The notes under the pieces were generated by a model. That model saw only the letters and a list, made by a program, of their open reading frames with translations. It did not search any database and was not told where the DNA came from. From Botryllus schlosseri (Eukaryota): DNA of 64,000 bases. The DNA lies in contig CM119378.1 in NCBI GenBank assembly GCA_051294905.1, forward strand, positions 2,420,001-2,484,000. The letters run 5' to 3'. Below are positions 52,196-63,000 of this stretch, piece after piece. Position numbers and translations under genes: made by a program. Numbering within the stretch: the first letter of the stretch is position 1; each line of letters opens with the position of its first letter.

Positions 52196-52671
52196 TCATT
52201 TTAATATGAATATACTATTCAATAATAATAATAATAAAAGAAGAATGTGTATCGAATATCTATGAGTCGTTTCGTTCTCAGACTCCGGCCGTTCGTCAAT
52301 ATACTTCACCAAACGCAGCTACGTGTTCCTGCAGCAAATTGGAAACAGAAGTGGTCACTGGTCAATAAAGAAGGGCATCACTTAACATTTCACATTTTCA
52401 GAGTATATTGAAGTAGATGTGTTGTCAATTTCAAAATAGAGATCGCCAATAAAGTTCAACGATGCAATCCGCAGTCCTAGTACAGTCGTTCCGAGTAGGC
52501 CTACTGATGTGATATTTGATGCTTCTGCAATCTGCATATATCACTCGAAAAGTAGGATTTCGAGTAAAAAAATGAATACATAGGAGGCTACAAAGCATCT
52601 AAGTAATATAGTATCTAGTAGAATAATCTATTATGGTTTATGCTGAATGTTCGATTTAATTTTGGTGGTCT

Positions 52672-53071
52672 GGGGAAAGCATATAGTGGTGAGCGTCGGC
52701 GCCATCCGAGCAGGCGGGCCCGGGTTCGATTCCCGCCGTCGGAGGTTATTCTGGGTTCCTTGTCCCCGTGTCGCTGGTCTTACTGCTACAAAAGAAAGCC
52801 CAGAAGAAAAATACCGGTTAAAGAAAAGAAATGGAGCAAATAATAGCTGCAAAAACGACCGAAAAAGAAAGAATAATATCGAAGGACACTGTGACACCGG
52901 GCACCAGGTCGAGGTGGATGCCGGTTCAGAATACCCCAACTGGTTGGTCGTTCGGCATCTCTCTATATCTGTTCATTACATCGCATTGTCTGTCTTGTAT
53001 ATCGCATCGTACATTGTGTGTGTGTGTGTCTTGGGCAGATGGAAATATAATCTGACGATTGATTGATTGAT
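52672..53071 (+). mobile_element. tRNA-derived SINE with (GATT)n tail
   Basis: A-box-like AGCATATAGTGG, B box GGTTCGATTCCC. Body homologous to 18372-18750. Confidence 0.8.
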
Positions 53072-53363
53072 CTACCAGCGTAATAAGCAGGTATAGGCTG
53101 TTCATTATTGCATAATCCCTCGCCTTCCATGTGTCGCTTTTCAGTCACGTAATCCTTTCACCAATAACTGTGTTGATCGTAAATGTGGTGCGTCGCCAAC
53201 ACCAAATCTTCAAATCGTGCAAATTGTTGTTCGTTCGAAGCATATCCAAAAGCCTCTCCAGACAATAAACGCGCTACATAATCAGTCAGTCGGTCAAGCA
53301 GTCATTTATTGAAATTTTTATCAGTTTTCAACATTATAAAAACACCACCAGATTACGATACAA

Positions 53364-53756
53364 TAGTGTTACCATACGTCCAGTGTTGAGAGGATTTGTC
53401 CTCTTTTTTGACATTTTTGAAAGTGTACTCGGAGGACGCCCAATAAATGTCATCGTTTTTAGAATATTGCTTAAAGGTACGTTGAAATTGGACTGAGATA
53501 TAGGAAATCAGCGGGCAAGTAACGGTTCGACGTGCTTTTCGGCACTTGAGCAAGAAAAATCACCTTTATAATTTTTTTTTAGTGAACCAACGGGAAACCC
53601 GATAGTTTAAGCCGGAAAGTCGTCCTTTTTCTTTTTTATGTTTACTCAACCGGCCACTAAGTCGGGAAAAATTTACAACGATTTTACTCCAGTATTTTAA
53701 GTATGAAAATTTGGGAAATTGTCCTCTTTTCAGATTTCCAATATATGGTAACCCTA
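53364..53756. mobile_element. hAT-type MITE (AGGGTTACCATA family, reverse orientation)
   Basis: TIR TAGTGTTACCATA / TATGGTAACCCTA. TSD CGATACAA/CGATATAA (7/8). Confidence 0.82.
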
Positions 53757-54859
53757 CGATATAATAAAAATACCAGTCAGCGCTCGAGATTGAGCTACGG
53801 GAGCACGATCTGGTATATTGACTCCGCCTTCCCACACCACACCTTATTTAATCATCTATTACTACTTTTTATTCGGTGAATAAGCCTGATCCTCTTAACA
53901 TCGACTAGCCCAGTGATTCCCAAAATCCAATGATATCTATAGGCTACCATTGTCATAATCCCCAATTGGGCGATATCGCCCCTGGGGGTCGATTTTGATA
54001 GAGAACGCCGAACAAAAGCTGAAGTAGACGTAGTATATTACAAAACTACATGAGCAAGTTCATAGAAGCAACTTGAATCACGAAGAAAAGTAAAATGATA
54101 ACATTACTGAATATTGAGAAGATATGTTGAGCTCAGGTTAATAAAGGGGGTTCGAAAAGTTTGGGAGCCACTAGTCTATAGACCCAGAGGATTATGTCTG
54201 ATTTCAAAAAATACTCCCAGTCGTTTCGACGCCATCCTATCTGTTCATCAATCTATAGTGGTGTTTTTGAATGGATAAGCTCAACAATGAGCAGTGACCA
54301 ATTGGCAGAAGAGATGTACGGGTCATGGTTTTGGGGATCCGGATGCAATCGTGTTCGATGAAATGGAATGGAATATGGAAAATAGAATGTGCATATGAAC
54401 AGATCGAGTGTATCTATATCATGAGCAGGTGTATATGCCGCAAAATATCAAGGACAAAAATAAACTACGTCCTTTCCTTTCCGACTCAAATGACCAAAAA
54501 TATCATGCACATGGTTGAGCATCCATTTGCCCCTGTCGTCGATTTTGATTTAATGTCACCTCGGCAATTCAGTATGCACTGAAGTTTGCTATTAGGGATA
54601 CTTCGAAATAGTGGTGTAATTCTGAAGCCAGCAGAGTCAAAATTCACACAATCATCGAAGTAAACAAACATAAAGTCACTTTCACGCACTAGTAATTTAG
54701 AATCCTGTCCGGATCCGGATCCTTCAGTCGGACAAAAATGTGCATCCGGATCCGATCCTGTTTCAGAAAAATTCGCCGGATTCCTGCCGGTTAGAATCCA
54801 AAATTCTGATCCTGTACAACTTTACTGGACGGCAGTGATGAGCGGACCGTGACATTTTT

Positions 54860-55000
54860 CAGTCCTAGTCCAGTCCTGAAAATTTCCAATTCAGTCCAAC
54901 TCCATCCTGATCCATTTTTTTCAAATTCACAGTCCAACTTCATCCTGATCCAAAAATATTTTTAAAATTCACAGTCCAGCTCCATTCAGATCCAAAAAAA
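54860..55000 (+). repeat. Short tandem repeat (~39-42-bp unit, 3 copies), probably the subterminal region of a DNA element
   Basis: cagtccaactccatcctgatcc / cagtccaacttcatcctgatcc / cagtccagctccattcagatcc. Confidence 0.65.
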
Positions 55001-55629
55001 ATTAAAATCACAAGTCATATTCTATGACTGAAAAGATTAAAAAAAAAACACGTTACAGAGAATAAATAAACTTCTTGTAATAGAACCCGGGTCCTAAATA
55101 CACAACATGTACGATTATCCACTTCTCCATTATGTCTATTACCATAGTGTTCTATATCTTTATATAGCTCAGTGTCTATATGGTGTCGACACAAGCAAAT
55201 CTCACGCCTCAGTGAAATTGTATCACGTCACAATTTCCATTTGGCTACAGGCAATTTGACGGTCATTTTTGACCGGCTTGCCGAGCATTAAATTTGGTAA
55301 AACGGGTATCAATCGAAAGCTGACTCTGCACTGATTACGAAAATATAAATTTTATTCCGCTCGTGGCCCTGGAATTCCAACAATCAGCCTCGAATTTTTC
55401 ATTGTTATGGAGATTGGCATTGGGACGCAACAATACTGTCTAGCTCTTTTTCTCTTCAGTTACTCTCTCGGTGAACGCTGTTTCTTGCCCCTGGAAACCT
55501 TCAAAACAGCAGGGTCTTGATGTGCAGTGAGTTTATCATCAATCCAGGAATATACAAATCCATGCCAAGAGTTTCTAGGCGTAATATTCGTATCGGACGA
55601 AATTCAACGCGGAGAACTAGATGTCAAAC

Positions 55630-55850
55630 TGTGCCTTTGTAGATTTTGTGTACTGACTGTTATCTCGGACGCTGATCATAGCGCGCGCGACTGATTGATT
55701 GCTCGTTAATTAGTTTGAATGGTGTTGTTTGATAGTCGTGAATTGGGACACAGAGCTCGTGTGACCCGTGGAGAGAGAGGTCGTTTTGTCGTTGCTGCGT
55801 TGCAGTTGTGCCATTTTCTGTTTTTGCATCTTTTAAATATACTTCTCACA
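55630..55850 (+). repeat. 5' LTR
   Basis: Direct repeat of 59577-59797. The only difference seen is G55799 vs A59746. Confidence 0.96.
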
Positions 55851-55874
55851 AGCTATCGCGGCCCATCATCAAGA

Positions 55875-56606
55875 ATGGCCAGTTTCAAGGTGACGGATGT
55901 GTTGACGCGGTATGATGGAGCGGGTGATATCGCAACATGGATAAAGCAGGCGAAACTGGCAAAAGCTTTGCTAAAACTTGAGAATTTGGCTGTAGTAATC
56001 CCGATGTTTCTCGACGGTGACGCATTTGCCGTGTACGACCAGTTACCGGAGACTGAGAAGAAGGACCAAAATCGCATCGAAGAGGCTCTGTTGCGTGCCT
56101 TCGCCTGTGATCAGTTTTCGGCGTATGGGGAGTTCAAGATGAGGGTGTTGAATGAAGGAGAGTCGGTCGACGTTTTCATTGCCGACTTGAAACGATTAGC
56201 AAAGTTGGCGGGCATAGGGGAAAACGAAGACGAACAGCTGTTGAAATTATCTTATGTCGTGGGGTTGCCAAAACGTGTGTCTGCTCAGATAAGGGCGACA
56301 CCAAAGGTGGAGCAGTTGAAATTGACGGAGTTGCTATCGATAGCACGTGCCCTCGTTACCGATCATGGATTGGATGGTGCCGAGATGAGCGCTGTTGCCG
56401 ATTCTTATAGTAAAGAAAGAAGAGTGCGGTGTTTTCTATGTGGTGGACCTCATTTAAGAATATTCTGCAAATCGATTGTATGTTTTCGTTGCAAAGAAAG
56501 CGGCCACATTGCTCGATACTGCCAAAAGGTTGACCGACGACAGGGAAACGAGGGTGGGGAGCTGTGTGCGCCAGCAACGTCCCCATCAGATGGAATGGCG
56601 CATTGA
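55875..56606 (+). CDS. gag: Gag (243 aa) with two zinc knuckles
   Basis: First in-frame ATG after the LTR (MASFKV...). CFLCGGPHLRIFC and CFRCKESGHIARYC. Confidence 0.9.
   Translation: MASFKVTDVLTRYDGAGDIATWIKQAKLAKALLKLENLAVVIPMFLDGDAFAVYDQLPETEKKDQNRIEEALLRAFACDQFSAYGEFKMRVLNEGESVDVFIADLKRLAKLAGIGENEDEQLLKLSYVVGLPKRVSAQIRATPKVEQLKLTELLSIARALVTDHGLDGAEMSAVADSYSKERRVRCFLCGGPHLRIFCKSIVCFRCKESGHIARYCQKVDRRQGNEGGELCAPATSPSDGMAH
56543..56603 (+). promoter_or_regulatory. -1 programmed ribosomal frameshift signal (slippery heptamer + pseudoknot)
   Basis: G GGA AAC at 56543-56549 in the gag frame. Stem GGTGGGGA(56553-60)/TCCCCATC(56580-87). Loop TGCGCCA(56567-73) is complementary to TGGCGCA(56596-602). 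pol is in the -1 frame and open from the heptamer. Confidence 0.82.
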
Positions 56607-58198
56607 TTTCTAGGATGTCCATTGTAGCGTGCGGTCGAAGTATTATGGCACTTTTTGATACCGGGTGTACTCAATCCTTGGTAAACCTGAGTTTAGTGAA
56701 AGGTCGGAGAATTTTCAAATCCTACAAGGTGGTGTTGTCGGCTGATGGTGCCAGAATGAAAATTGAAGGTGAAGCAATAATTCCTATCGAAATAGATGGA
56801 AAACTTCTCGACGTTCGGTGTGTAGTGGTAAAATCGCTGATTCCTGGTCTTGATTTCGTCGTGGGCACAGACGTTCTGAAGCATTTCAAATTCGTACTGG
56901 ATCATGGACGTCCGAGTATATGTGCGACTGCGTCGTGCGAATTCGTAGCGGGCGAGAAGAGCCCATCTCTGAGAAGACCCGTTGAAAGTGCCGTTGCTAG
57001 CGAGCTGTCCGTTCAGAAAAGAAACTATGCTGTCAGTTTCAACGGAAATATGTGGATTGTCGAGTGGGAGTGGAAGAGCACACCAGTGCTGAAGAATCGA
57101 GTAGGAGTGTACAGAATCGGAGACGGGGCAGTTTTTGAGAAGTTCCGGTCAGAAGTAGAACGGTGGATTAACAACGGCTGGTTAGTGGAGACTCGATCAA
57201 AAACCGCTGGCGTGATTCCTCTAATGGCGGTCGTTCAAGAAAGAAAAAATAAGGTTCGACCAGTTTTGGATTTCCGAGAACTCAACGAGTTTGTCGAATG
57301 CAGTGGGGCAGACGCGGACGTTTGCCAAGAGAAATTGAGGAAATGGAGGCAGATGCCGGTAAATTGCGCACTAGTGGACCTTCGCGACGCATACATGCAG
57401 GTGGGCGTGTCGTCTAATTGTAGTCGATATCAAAGGATCGAATTCGAAGGTGTGACGTACGAGCTGAAGAGACTGGGATTCGGACTCAATTGCGCTCCTG
57501 AAATAATGAAATCGATCGTTTCGAAAGTGCTGTCTTCCGACGAGCGTGTATCGGCCGCTACAGATCATTACTACGACGACATCATCGTAAATCTCGACCT
57601 AATTAGCGTTGAGGCAGTCGTGAGTCTCTTGTCAAAGTATGGTCTTCGATGCAAGCCGCCAGAAAGAATACAAGACGCGAGTGTTTTGGGTTTGAAATTG
57701 CATGAAGTTGGCGACCTGTTACGTTGGAAGCGATCTAATGCGCTGGATTTTCAAATTTCAGATTCCATGTCAAAGAGAGAAGTATTTTCGATATGCGGCA
57801 AGTTGGTCGGTCATTACCCAATTGCCGGTTGGTTGCGAGTAGCGGCCGGTTTCGTCAAACGTTCGTGTGTCGGCGCGACATGGGATTCTGCGGCGGGTGT
57901 CGTAGCCGTGGACAGATTGTCGGAGGTCGTAAAAAAAGTGACGAAAGAGGACCCAGTCGCAGGTGTCTGGTCAGTGCCTTCATTTGGTAAATGGAGTTTG
58001 TGGTGTGACGCAAGTAAGATAGCTCTTGGCGCCCTGTTGGAGAAAGATGGAAAGGTGGTGGAGGATGGAGCATGGCTAAGAAAGGAAGACGATGGGTCAC
58101 ATATAAATTTGGCTGAATTGAATGCGGTGGTGAAAGGCGTGAACATGGCGGTGAAGTGGGAGGCGAGAGAGTTTATTGTGTATACCGATTCGGCTACT
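56549..58198 (+). CDS. pol: Pol part 1: aspartic protease, reverse transcriptase, N-terminal RNase H
   Basis: ALFDTGC (protease). VRPVLDFRELN, LVDLRDAY, FGLNCAP and YYDD (RT). WCDAS, AEL and YTDS (RNase H). Confidence 0.9.
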
Positions 58199-58200
58199 AT

Positions 58201-59559
58201 GTTCACGCCTGGTTATCTTCTCTGCTTAAGAAGGACAGGAAGATCCGAGTTTCTGGACTGTCCGAGATGCTGGTGAAGAGAAGACTCACTTTGCTTGATG
58301 AGACTATGGATGCGTACGGAATAAAATGGTCTGTGGAGTTGGTTCCGTCGCACAAGAACAAAGCCGATGCGTTGACGCGAGTTGCAAAGGAGTGGCTCAA
58401 AAAGACTTGCGTTGCGGCGGTCACGCATTCAGTCGATATGTCCACCGACGCGGTGAAGAGAATTCACAACATGAATCACCGTGGTGTTGATACGACGCTT
58501 CATTTCTGCAAGCAGGTGTGTCCTCATATCACTAAAGACGCCGTACAGTCGGTAGTTGAACAATGTGACGTTTGCAAGTCGATCGATCCCCAACCGCGAC
58601 GTTGGGTTGGTGGAGAATTGAGCGTGACCGAAGACTGGGAGAGATTAGCGACTGATGTTACGCACCTCGCGAGCGGTAAAAAGTATTTAACAATCATCGA
58701 TTGCGGTCCCAGCAGGTACGCCGTGTGGAGAGAGATCAAGGACGAATCGGATATGGTGATTACGAAGGCTTTGGAAAACATTTTCTCGGGATACGGACCG
58801 CCTCGACAATTGCTGTGTGACAACGCGAAATCATTCCGATCGTATCGTCTGAGACAATTGTGCAACGTTTGGCGAGTCGATTTGGAATTTAGATGTGCAT
58901 ATCGACCGTCGGGAAATGCGATCATTGAGCGACACCACAGAACGATCAAGACCATGAATGCGAGAACGGGAGTGAGTATACAAGAGTGTGTTTTTTGGTA
59001 TAATTTGTCTCCGCAGAGTAGCACGAACTTGGTACCGGCTGAGAAGATATTCTCACGTACATGGCGTAACCCCTTCCTGGAATCGTCAGAAGAGACGACC
59101 GTAAGCCGAAGCAAGCCCAAGGTGCACGACTTGTCCGTTGAAGATCATGTTTGGGTGAAGCCGGCGAACAGTCGATGCACGACGAAGTGGAACATTGGTA
59201 AGATTACTAACATACTTTCAGATCATAAAGTGGAGGTTGATGGCATCCCGAGGCACGTCGGTGATGTGAGAAGAGTTAGTCATCCGCCAAGTTCGGTATT
59301 CCGTGATTCACCCAGAGTACCGTTGACGTGGATAACTGCCGATCACTCGCCAGAGGATCGTGAAGGTGAGGGAACGGGGCGCAGCGAGGAGATCGCACAA
59401 GAAAGTGGTGTGACTCGAGAACACGCTGGGGAAGAGGTCCAGTCCGGTCTTAGAAGAAGTACGCGTACCCGACGAAGGCCAGCGCGCCTTGGAGACTACG
59501 TCACTGACTTCGGAGGAGGAGGGCAAGAAGATGACGATGGTGATGATGATGAAGAGTGA
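58201..59559 (+). CDS. pol: Pol part 2 (frameshifted): RNase H C-terminus and integrase
   Basis: NKADALTR. HNMNH...CDVC zinc finger. ATDVTH / CDNA / IIERHH DDE triad. Separated from part 1 by an apparent 2-bp insertion at ~58199-58200. Confidence 0.88.
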   Translation, partial: VHAWLSSLLKKDRKIRVSGLSEMLVKRRLTLLDETMDAYGIKWSVELVPSHKNKADALTRVAKEWLKKTCVAAVTHSVDMSTDAVKRIHNMNHRGVDTTLHFCKQVCPHITKDAVQSVVEQCDVCKSIDPQPRRWVGGELSVTEDWERLATDVTHLASGKKYLTIIDCGPSRYAVWREIKDESDMVITKALENIFSGYGPPRQLLCDNAKSFRSYRLRQLCNVWRVDLEFRCAYRPSGNAIIERHHRTIKTMNARTGVSIQECVFWYNLSPQSSTNLVPAEKIFSRTWRNPFLESSEETTVSRSKPKVHDLSVEDHVWVKPANSRCTTKWNIGKITNILSDHKVEVDGIPRHVGDVRRVSHPPSSVFRDSPRVPLTWITADHSPEDREGEGTGRSEEIAQESGVTREHAGEEVQSGLRRSTRTRRRPARLGDYVTDFGGGGQEDDDGDDDEE

Positions 59560-59576
59560 TATTCATCACGGGGGAA

Positions 59577-59797
59577 TGTGCCTTTGTAGATTTTGTGTAC
59601 TGACTGTTATCTCGGACGCTGATCATAGCGCGCGCGACTGATTGATTGCTCGTTAATTAGTTTGAATGGTGTTGTTTGATAGTCGTGAATTGGGACACAG
59701 AGCTCGTGTGACCCGTGGAGAGAGAGGTCGTTTTGTCGTTGCTGCATTGCAGTTGTGCCATTTTCTGTTTTTGCATCTTTTAAATATACTTCTCACA
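59577..59797 (+). repeat. 3' LTR
   Basis: Direct repeat of 55630-55850. Confidence 0.96.
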
Positions 59798-60099
59798 CAA
59801 ACCATAGAAATTTACAGCATAGCTACGTTGTAAATTGCTATGGTGTGTGATTGATGGACCAGCCGTTACGTATTCTCGTCGTTACAGCAAATTCACTCAT
59901 GCATAGTCTCGATCAAAACATTCTTCACTCTGCTCAAGCTGCAGCTGTATGGTGTCATTTATTCACCTACATTTTACAAGCTCAAGCTCTATATTAGCAC
60001 CCTTGTAGGAGGTACCTGGGTTTTACCGTATACGGACTTGCGGAAAATTGAGCTACCACAAACCTAACCAAAATCCCCGTCGATTCGTGGAGCAGAACT

Positions 60100-63000
60100 A
60101 TGGATGAGCCAGTTCTTGACGATACTTACGACTTGCTATCTCCGTTGCGCCGTTCTTACGTGTATAGCGATTCTTTCATCAGTTCAAACGAAGGCGGAAG
60201 TCCGAGGCAATTTAGTTCAACTGAACCTGCGTTCAAGTCATCTTTTGAATCAAGCAAGTATGTTCAATTTTCCGTGTTATATATATTTCTGGTATCGGCA
60301 CCAATAATTCTTGCACTAGAATCTGAATCGAGTAAAATAATTATTCTTATGATTCGAGTCCAGTAGTATTAGATGATGCTCCTTCCCTTCCCACTAGGTG
60401 TTAATTTATCAACAAGATTATAGTTTTGATACTATTTCCACTACGGAAGAACGACAAGATAGCGTAATGGTGAAGCGTCCGGCTTCTTAATTGGTGGGTT
60501 GTGGGTTCAATCCCTGGCTGGGTCAGACCGAATACCTGGTTAGTAACACTGGTATCCATGACTTCCCCACTTAGCGCTCAGCATTATCGGGATAGCATGG
60601 AGGGATGGTGCAAGACTTGAAAAGCGTTACAAGGATATATCTGCACCTTCCTTGTCCAGCGGCATATGTATATCATCAGTCGGTGTGTAATGTGTATGCC
60701 GCTAAAATATCAAGGGCATAAATGTATAACGTCCTTTCCGTCCTGTAAACCTTGATTGGTCGGTCATATGTAGTACAAAGCTAAGCACGTTAACGGAAAT
60801 AACATTAAGATATATTTGGTTCTTGACCAACCCATTGTCACAAAATAAAATGAAATAGCTATGGTCGACATAATGCCAAATAATTTTTAATGTGATATAA
60901 AACAGGTGTTGTTTTCTTTGTGGTTATGTAAAAGGCACATAATTCAAACTTGGTATATCATTGATAGTTGATACCGTTGTGTCATCATAATGGGTGATGC
61001 TCCAATTCTCCACTCGAAGCTTAATGCTCGATTCAGAATTGAATGACTGAGTACTCAAATGTTGCGCCGCCATAATTACTGGTAGCCAACTATAGAAAAT
61101 GTGTGCAAAAGGACAATTGGAAATAATTTTTGCAGGTTGCATACTCCAAAACTCGCATCTACAAGCAAATATCCGACCAATGTGAAGAAAAGCCCAAAGC
61201 AGAAACGTAAAGTCGCAAAGGCTGGAAAACCTAAAATTGAGTATGGTAAGTGGAAAGTGGTCGTCGATTATTATATTCTGTCAGCCTGAGATTGTTAATT
61301 TTGGATATTCAGTAATTCAATAATGTCTGCGTCACGGTTACTGTCTTATCCGCAACAACATGACAATGAACATGTCAAACTTTATGTTGTTATGATTCAT
61401 TTAGGGATAAGGTATGGAAGAGCATCCGTCGCCATTACCCCCAAACCCCAATCTTACTGTACCCTAACCCTATACCAATTATGAATGCCATAAATTTTGA
61501 CGTATTCATATGGGAAACCCTGATTGGTGATGGTCATGTGTTGTCTCGTAACTGGGAAGCATATGCGTAACGCTCAAACCTAACCCTAACCAATTCAGGT
61601 TTACTGTTATGACTTGATTCAATAGATCACAAGATGTAAAATAACAATATATATATTGAAGCAATAGCTCAAATTGAAATGGATGATCCTTCCTTTTTTG
61701 ATTTTCTTTTGTTCTGTTCCTGTCTAGAACACGACACGACAAAAGAATTGATGAAGATGCCGTCAGAGCCGGGGAATGTTGGGGATCTCACAGTCTGGGA
61801 GGATTGGCTCGTCAAAAAAGTACAAGCAGAGAGAGAATTGCAAGAGAAAAAGGTAAGGCCATTGCTTGCGAGTTACGGATTTAATTATAATTATTGGTCA
61901 AGTTAAGATGCTCCTATTGATGCATACAAATTAGATGCGACAGTTGATACACAAAAACTCTTTGCAATTGTCTACTAGTTGTGGACTATATATAACCCTT
62001 GAAGAGTGTCAGCCGAAAATATTGGGGTATATTTTAATATCAATATATTCCTCAGTTGTATATTGAAGTTCCATACCTCCAAGAGTTCTCCAAAAATTAA
62101 GTAGTCGGTGCTAACTGCTGTATCCATCAAACTCCAGATTCTCTTTACATAAACGTTCAAGTACCTCCATCGTATTATTTAAAATTCTGTAAGGACTATA
62201 TAACTATAGATCTATAACTATGGACTACTGTCTGTATGTTGTATATAATGTATCTATACATGGATACATATTCTTGTCTAAGTGCTGTATGGATGTTATA
62301 TATATCATGCTTTTTATCCTATGGTAAGCGATCTACGCATGTTTTCAGAGGAAAGAGTTGCTGGAAGAGAGGGAGGAAGAGGAGAGACTGAAGAGAGAGA
62401 AAGAGGCTCGACAAAAACGAGCGGAAATCAAACATCAACAGTGGTGCGAAGAAAGAATGCTCAAGGTCTGAATTTGATCAATATCATCGAAAAAGCTCAC
62501 TTAATAAGAATGACTTTTGTTAGCTAGGTCCGACTATGCAAATTTGAGTTCCTTGATAGTTGATATTATAATTTATTTCATTGTCTCTGCAATTGAAGCT
62601 ATAGTTGCAATTGATTAACCGGCGGGTTTTTCCGCAAAAATTTGCATTACTTTTCAAAATTGTAGAATACGATCTGAATAGTATGTGAAACCAACGAGTA
62701 ATGTATCGTTGGATTCAGTATTTCAACGCCTAACTAGCCATGCGACGAGCTAGACGAGAACAGGGCAACCGAGTCTGTATATAATCAAGAGAGGGTCTGA
62801 CTGCGTGTTTATGGTGAAACACTCGACCATGTTTTGATAGTATCGATCGAATAAGTTGGGCAAAAGTGGTCACTCGTGGCTTGTTTAAAAGAAGAAATCT
62901 CTGCCGCAGTGAATAGCACATACTTATTTGCACTAGGTATACATTGTGGACTCTATAAGGAAGAAACCAAAACTTGTCTATTTTTACAAGATTATCTCGT

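Larger units (their letters stand above)
48240..52223 (+). mobile_element. Penelope-like retroelement (Penelope/Poseidon type) with inverted partial duplication
   Basis: Arms 48271-49883 and 50611-52223 are reverse complements (1613 bp, constant coordinate sum 100494, identical translations). Flanked on both sides by (ATA)n tracts. Confidence 0.93.
55630..59797 (+). mobile_element. Ty3/gypsy LTR retrotransposon, full length (4168 bp), very recent
   Basis: 221-bp TG...CA LTRs with 1 mismatch. 5-bp TSD CAAAC (55625-55629, 59798-59802). Purine tract GGGGGAA (59570-59576). Domain order gag-PR-RT-RH-IN. Confidence 0.96.

Noticed and set aside
55719..55874. ORF-track N-terminal extension of gag
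   Set aside because: Begins inside the LTR. The ATG at 55875 after the LTR is the more plausible start.
58524..59120. 198-aa and other antisense ORFs within pol and the Penelope ORF
   Set aside because: Shadow ORFs on the reverse strand of genuine coding sequence.
61402..61600. Telomere-like CCCTAA hexamers
   Set aside because: Only a few scattered units within an intron. Probably part of a small repeat, not an interstitial telomere array.
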